A DNA stretch of 45,854 nucleotides from an uncultured Rhodospirillales bacterium. Lineage in GTDB: Bacteria; Pseudomonadota; Alphaproteobacteria; Rhodospirillales; Casp-alpha2. The translations under genes and the position numbers were made by a program. Each line of letters starts with the position of its first letter. The first letter of the stretch is position 1. The notes beneath the pieces were generated by a model, which did no database searches, was not told where the DNA came from, and saw only the letters and a list, made by a program, of their open reading frames with translations. Of this stretch, positions 41,875-45,854 are shown one piece after another. The stretch is taken from NCBI GenBank assembly GCA_963926035.1, contig CAWUWH010000044.1, positions 1 through 45,854 on the forward strand, in the 5' to 3' direction.

Positions 41875-42683
41875 AGATATGGCGCAACGGTGATATCGTG
41901 AATGCAGCGGGCGCAATTGATGCTGATGATAGAGGCGTTACACTCGGCGATGGAATTTTTGAAACAATCGCGATTATTGATGGTGAACCGCTTAGATTGG
42001 AAAAACATCTATCTCGGCTTGAACATAGCGCTTCAGTTCTTAGCATTCCATTTGTAGCAGATACGAAAATATGGCGATCTGCGATCAACGATATTTTGAG
42101 TGCGGAGCACGTTACCGAAGGCTCAGCGCGCATTACACTATTAAGGGGTTCAGGCTTGCGCGGTGTGCTGCCGCCAGCTGAGCCAAAGTTAACGTATATC
42201 ATTTTTACAAACGCTAGTGAGGTTGGGGCTAATTTACCGATACGTGCGATCATTACAGAATCAACACGTCGCAATGAATTATCCCCATTGGCATCGATCA
42301 AAAGTACGAACTATTTAGATGCGATTGTAGCGCGCCTTGAAGCTGATAAAGCGGATGTAGAAGAAGCCATCATGCTGAATACGCGCGGACATATTGCAGA
42401 AGCAACGTCTTCAAATATTTTCTGTGTAAAAGATGACCAGATAATGACGCCGCCAGTTTCTGACGGCGCATTACCAGGTATCATGCGTGGATGCGTGATC
42501 GGTGCGTTTAATATCGAGCAGGTATCAATAACACCAGAGATGCTAATTGAGGCCGATGAGGTTTTTCTAACCTCAAGCCTTAATATTAGACCCGTCGTTC
42601 AGTTAAACGGTGCGACTATTGGCTCTGGTAAGCCAGGCCCTGTCGCCGCATCACTCAACGACCTTCCACGAACTGCGACTTAA
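41871..42683 (+). CDS. pabC: Class IV aminotransferase, probable aminodeoxychorismate lyase
   Basis: DRG..LGDGIFET, HLSRL, IKSTNY, EATSSNIF and LPGIMR; ATGA overlap with pabB. Confidence 0.8.
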   Translation: MKIWRNGDIVNAAGAIDADDRGVTLGDGIFETIAIIDGEPLRLEKHLSRLEHSASVLSIPFVADTKIWRSAINDILSAEHVTEGSARITLLRGSGLRGVLPPAEPKLTYIIFTNASEVGANLPIRAIITESTRRNELSPLASIKSTNYLDAIVARLEADKADVEEAIMLNTRGHIAEATSSNIFCVKDDQIMTPPVSDGALPGIMRGCVIGAFNIEQVSITPEMLIEADEVFLTSSLNIRPVVQLNGATIGSGKPGPVAASLNDLPRTAT

Positions 42684-42694
42684 CAATCTTGCGG

Positions 42695-43894
42695 CTAAGC
42701 CTTTGAAAGTGCCTGATGCAGATCTTCAATCAGATCATCTGCATCTTCAAGGCCAACGGATAAACGGACAAGGCCGTCAGATATTCCAAGTGCGGATTTC
42801 TCATCGTCGCTCAACCGTTGATGTGTCGTTGTTGAAGGGTGCGTGATTAAGCTTTTCGTATCACCGAGGTTATTAGAAATATCGATGATGTTAAGCCCAT
42901 TCAGCATCGCAAATGCACCCGGCTTGCCGCCTTTAACTTTAAAAGTGATAAGGCTTGATCCGCCAGGCATTTGCTCATTCGCGAGTGTAAATTGAGGATG
43001 GCTCTCCAAACCTGGATAAAGGGTCCGTTCAATTTTTGGATGGCCTTCAAGGAACGTCGCAACCCTTAAGGCGTTCTCACAATGTTGACGCACTCTGACA
43101 GTTAATGTTTCGAGGCCTTTAAGCAACACCCATGCATTAAAAGGTGAGAGCGCTGGGCCCGTGTGCCGCATCCAAGGGGTAAGATGATCTTCGATAAATT
43201 CATCATCATTCGTGAGGATTGCGCCGCCAAGTGTTCGCCCTTGGCCATCGATGTGCTTCGTTGCTGAATAAATGACAATATCAGCACCCAAATCAATGGG
43301 CTTTTGTAAGACAGGCGTTGCAAAAACATTATCGATAACAAGTTTCGCGCCTGCTGTATGGGCGAGGTCAGCAATCTTGGGTATATCAATAATTTCAAGG
43401 CATGGGTTTGATGGTGTTTCCAAGAAAACAACATTTGCCGGCTTTGAGAGTGCTTTCTCCCAAGCAGCGTAGTCAGTGCCGTCAACGAGTTCTGTTTCAA
43501 TGCCAAACTTTGGTAATTGGTCAGCAATGATATAGAGGCATGATCCAAACAAGGCTCGTGATGCAACGACCCGGTCCCCAGATTTTAACTGTGAAGTGAG
43601 TGCCGCAAAAACAGATGACATGCCAGTCGATGTAGATACGCAATAACGCGTGCCTTCGAGGAGCGCTAGGCGTTCTTCGAACATAGACAACGTGGGGTTT
43701 GCGTATCGGGAATAGATGTAGCGTTCTTTGTTACCTTTAAAGGCGGTCTCTGCTTCTTCGGCGCTAGGGTATACATAGCCGGATGTTAGAAAGATAGCTT
43801 CTGACGTTTCTTCAAATGATGAACGCGCCGTGCCGCCACGAACAAGCTGCGTTGCCGTGCGCCATGATTTTTCTTGAGAATTATAGTCGCTCAT
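42695..43894 (-). CDS. metZ: O-succinylhomoserine sulfhydrylase
   Basis: RSSFEETSEAIFLTSGY, YSRYANPT, YSATKHIDGQGR (PLP lysine) and NNLGD. ATG 43894 is chosen because the longer ORF overlaps the riboswitch. Confidence 0.94.
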   Translation of the reverse strand: MSDYNSQEKSWRTATQLVRGGTARSSFEETSEAIFLTSGYVYPSAEEAETAFKGNKERYIYSRYANPTLSMFEERLALLEGTRYCVSTSTGMSSVFAALTSQLKSGDRVVASRALFGSCLYIIADQLPKFGIETELVDGTDYAAWEKALSKPANVVFLETPSNPCLEIIDIPKIADLAHTAGAKLVIDNVFATPVLQKPIDLGADIVIYSATKHIDGQGRTLGGAILTNDDEFIEDHLTPWMRHTGPALSPFNAWVLLKGLETLTVRVRQHCENALRVATFLEGHPKIERTLYPGLESHPQFTLANEQMPGGSSLITFKVKGGKPGAFAMLNGLNIIDISNNLGDTKSLITHPSTTTHQRLSDDEKSALGISDGLVRLSVGLEDADDLIEDLHQALSKA

Positions 43895-43921
43895 TGGAAG
43901 CTCTATTTCTGGGGCCCTGGT

Positions 43922-43955
43922 CCAAAAAATAACCCAGACAGTCATGCCAGGGGCT
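43922..43955 (-). terminator. Putative intrinsic terminator in the metZ leader
   Basis: Minus strand AGCCCctGGCA-tgac-TGTCtGGGTT then ATTTTTT; the stem is imperfect. Confidence 0.55.
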
Positions 43956-43966
43956 TCGTCGAACCA

Positions 43967-44023
43967 AGACCTTTTAGCGGGTTTATTTAGCGTGGCCGCA
44001 AGCCGGTCGGACAAATCACCACG
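43967..44023 (-). ncRNA. SAM-II (SAM-alpha) riboswitch upstream of metZ
   Basis: Minus strand CGTGG-TGATTT-gtccgaccgg-CTTGC-ggCCACG-cTAAATAAAcc-CGCTAAAAGGTC; P1 is CGTGG/CCACG and the pseudoknot pairs GACC with GGTC. Confidence 0.93.
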
Positions 44024-44092
44024 TAGGCTAATTGTATATGAGAGCGTTTAGCAGATGACAAGGGGCAATGTGCGTGAGTGAATTATGATGAA

Positions 44093-45394
44093 TTAAGACG
44101 TGCTCTCGTCTTTTTGCCTTTTCATGACGACATTTCTAGCTCGGCGGACACCCCACCAGACAGCAAGAATGACCGGTGTGATTATTAACATTAGTGCGAC
44201 ATCAGATTTAATGGGGATGATGTTCTCGGAAGATAAGCCTTTAATAATATATCCGAGCAGGCCAACCAAATAATAACTGATAGCCACGACGGACAAACCT
44301 TCAACGGTTTGCTGAAGACGTAATTGTAGCTTGGCGCGGCTATCCATAGATTGGAGTAAATCACGATTTTGTGCCTCGAGTGCGACGTCAACACGCGTTC
44401 GGAGAAGATCGCTTGCACGTGCAACGCGACGGCTTAGTGTTTCGATGCGCCGGGCAAGGTTGTCCCGGGTCTCCATCGCTGGCTTAAATCGTGTCAGCAT
44501 ATAATCGGTCATGGGCTGCAAGCCTAGGATCCGATCGATGCGCATGGCTTCAGTTCGTTGCATCACGAGTTCCTGATAAGCACGAGACGCACTAAACCGA
44601 TAGTTTAGTGAAGCAGATGTTCTTTCTGTTTCTGCCGCAACTTTTGATAACTGTTCTAAAAGTCTTTGTTCATCGTCGGTGCCATCGCTGAATGCCAGCG
44701 TTTGCAAAATATCGCTGAGATCTTGTTCTAGTTTTGCTATTTGAGGGCGGGCATTACGTGCCAGTGGCAGCGCAAGCATTGCCATCATTCGGTATGTTTC
44801 CAGTTCACTAAGACGCTGAACCAGCCGGCCTAGCGACGGCGCACTGAGTTTGGACTCTCTAATCAGAAATCGAAGATAGCCGTCGCTATGTATTTGATAG
44901 TCGGTCCATAATGTTGCCCGGTTATCGACAATATTTCCGCCAACCAGCGAGTTGTTGTCGAACAATCCGTTCAATTCGGCACCAGCACGTTCGGGTTTCT
45001 CTCCCGTCTCTATCGAGATGTGTAAAGCCGTTAGAACGTCTCCGGGAAGATCACTTAACCAATCAGCAGGGACGTCATTGATTGGACATCCCTTGAAGGG
45101 CTGCTCAATAGACCCTTCCTTGATTAGTGTGTATGTATAAAACTCAGTATGGCGTTCCCACTTAAGTCGAAATGGCCCAAAGTCAGCGTCAAATTGAGAA
45201 TCTGACGTTGCTGGCGGTGCGATTTTAAAGGTCTGACATAATTTTGCGAGATGATCGCGGTCTGCATCTGCCTTTTCTTCACCTGTGACACATGCAATGT
45301 GCGATATTTGCGAAGGTGTAGATATCACCGCGTGGGGGCGCGCATTCATCTCGGCGGCGAGTTCTGAGCGTAAAGGATGTTCTTTAAAAATCAT
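44093..45394 (-). CDS. DUF3422 family membrane-anchored protein
   Basis: HPLR..L..E.NARP, LKWERHTEF, GRLVQRL.ELETYRMMA and QLRLQQTVEGLSVVAISYY; two C-terminal TM helices. Confidence 0.85.
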   Translation of the reverse strand: MIFKEHPLRSELAAEMNARPHAVISTPSQISHIACVTGEEKADADRDHLAKLCQTFKIAPPATSDSQFDADFGPFRLKWERHTEFYTYTLIKEGSIEQPFKGCPINDVPADWLSDLPGDVLTALHISIETGEKPERAGAELNGLFDNNSLVGGNIVDNRATLWTDYQIHSDGYLRFLIRESKLSAPSLGRLVQRLSELETYRMMAMLALPLARNARPQIAKLEQDLSDILQTLAFSDGTDDEQRLLEQLSKVAAETERTSASLNYRFSASRAYQELVMQRTEAMRIDRILGLQPMTDYMLTRFKPAMETRDNLARRIETLSRRVARASDLLRTRVDVALEAQNRDLLQSMDSRAKLQLRLQQTVEGLSVVAISYYLVGLLGYIIKGLSSENIIPIKSDVALMLIITPVILAVWWGVRRARNVVMKRQKDESTS

Positions 45395-45496
45395 TTTTCG
45401 ATCTCGACCTCGTCAACGACCGTTTCCAAACCTATATTACATGCACGTAGGCTGTTTATGCAGTTTAATCATTAACGTAAAGCTGGAGGCTCGCCA

Positions 45497-45854
45497 ATGA
45501 CCGATATTGCTACGACAGATGATTTATTCTTTACAGATACTTCTTTGACACGAGAAAAAGCTGAAGCCATTACTGATGATGCCTTGGCGAATGCTGATGA
45601 TGGGGAATTATTTTTGGAATACCGTCAGTCTGAAAGCATCGTGTTTGATGACGGCCGGGTGAAGAGTGCCAGCTTTGACACAGCGCAGGGTTTTGGCCTT
45701 CGCGCGGTATCTAGCGAAGCCACAGGTTACGCCCACGCTTCAGAATTATCCGAGCACGCATTGTTGCGGGCAAAGGACACTGTTCAGGCGGTGACACGCG
45801 GTCAAACGGGCGCAGAAGCTGTGCCGCTTCGGAAAACCAATCGATCACTTTATG
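45497..45854 (+). CDS. tldD: Metalloprotease TldD, 5' part (cut by the window edge; absent from the ORF track)
   Basis: GGAGG Shine-Dalgarno; open frame MTDIATTDDLFF...ADDGELFLEYRQSESIVFDDGRVKSASFDTAQGFGLRAVSSEATGYAH. Confidence 0.9.
   Translation, partial: MTDIATTDDLFFTDTSLTREKAEAITDDALANADDGELFLEYRQSESIVFDDGRVKSASFDTAQGFGLRAVSSEATGYAHASELSEHALLRAKDTVQAVTRGQTGAEAVPLRKTNRSLY

Noticed and set aside
43895-44014. 40-aa N-terminal extension of MetZ in the ORF track
   Set aside because: It runs through the SAM-II riboswitch and leader; the recognisable protein starts at 43894.
1-45854. tRNA, rRNA, CRISPR array, IS element, prophage or defence island
   Set aside because: Intergenic gaps are all under about 300 nt with no cloverleaf or spaced direct repeats, and no ORF resembles an integrase, transposase or defence nuclease.

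Overview
Core-genome window from an alphaproteobacterium (gene content and order suggest a Rhodospirillales-like lineage; this is inference). It is densely coding and almost all housekeeping: mutS-glnD-murJ-trpS-nfuA; a convergent glucosaminidase/polysaccharide deacetylase pair; an interrupted rutE-type nitroreductase; an unknown polytopic membrane protein; tsaB, a tusA-like gene, fur-miaB-phoH-ybeY-corC-lnt-XRE-metK-trmB; rimP-nusA-ylxR-infB-rbfA-truB-rpsO-pnp; fabA-fabB-fabI-irr; a rubrerythrin/Fe-S oxidoreductase/DUF3501 cluster; an SH3 protein, a 2-hydroxyacid dehydrogenase, pabB-pabC, metZ, DUF3422 and the 5' part of tldD. I found no tRNA, rRNA, CRISPR array or mobile element. The signals not shown by the ORF track are two SAM-II riboswitches (metK and metZ) with apparently different expression platforms, an Irr box beside the rubrerythrin promoter, an in-frame TGA in rutE, a rimP leader attenuator, an RpoH-like nfuA promoter, and an unassigned structured leader upstream of the glucosaminidase. 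I see no convincing wholly novel multi-gene system. Product calls come from motif recognition, not database searches.
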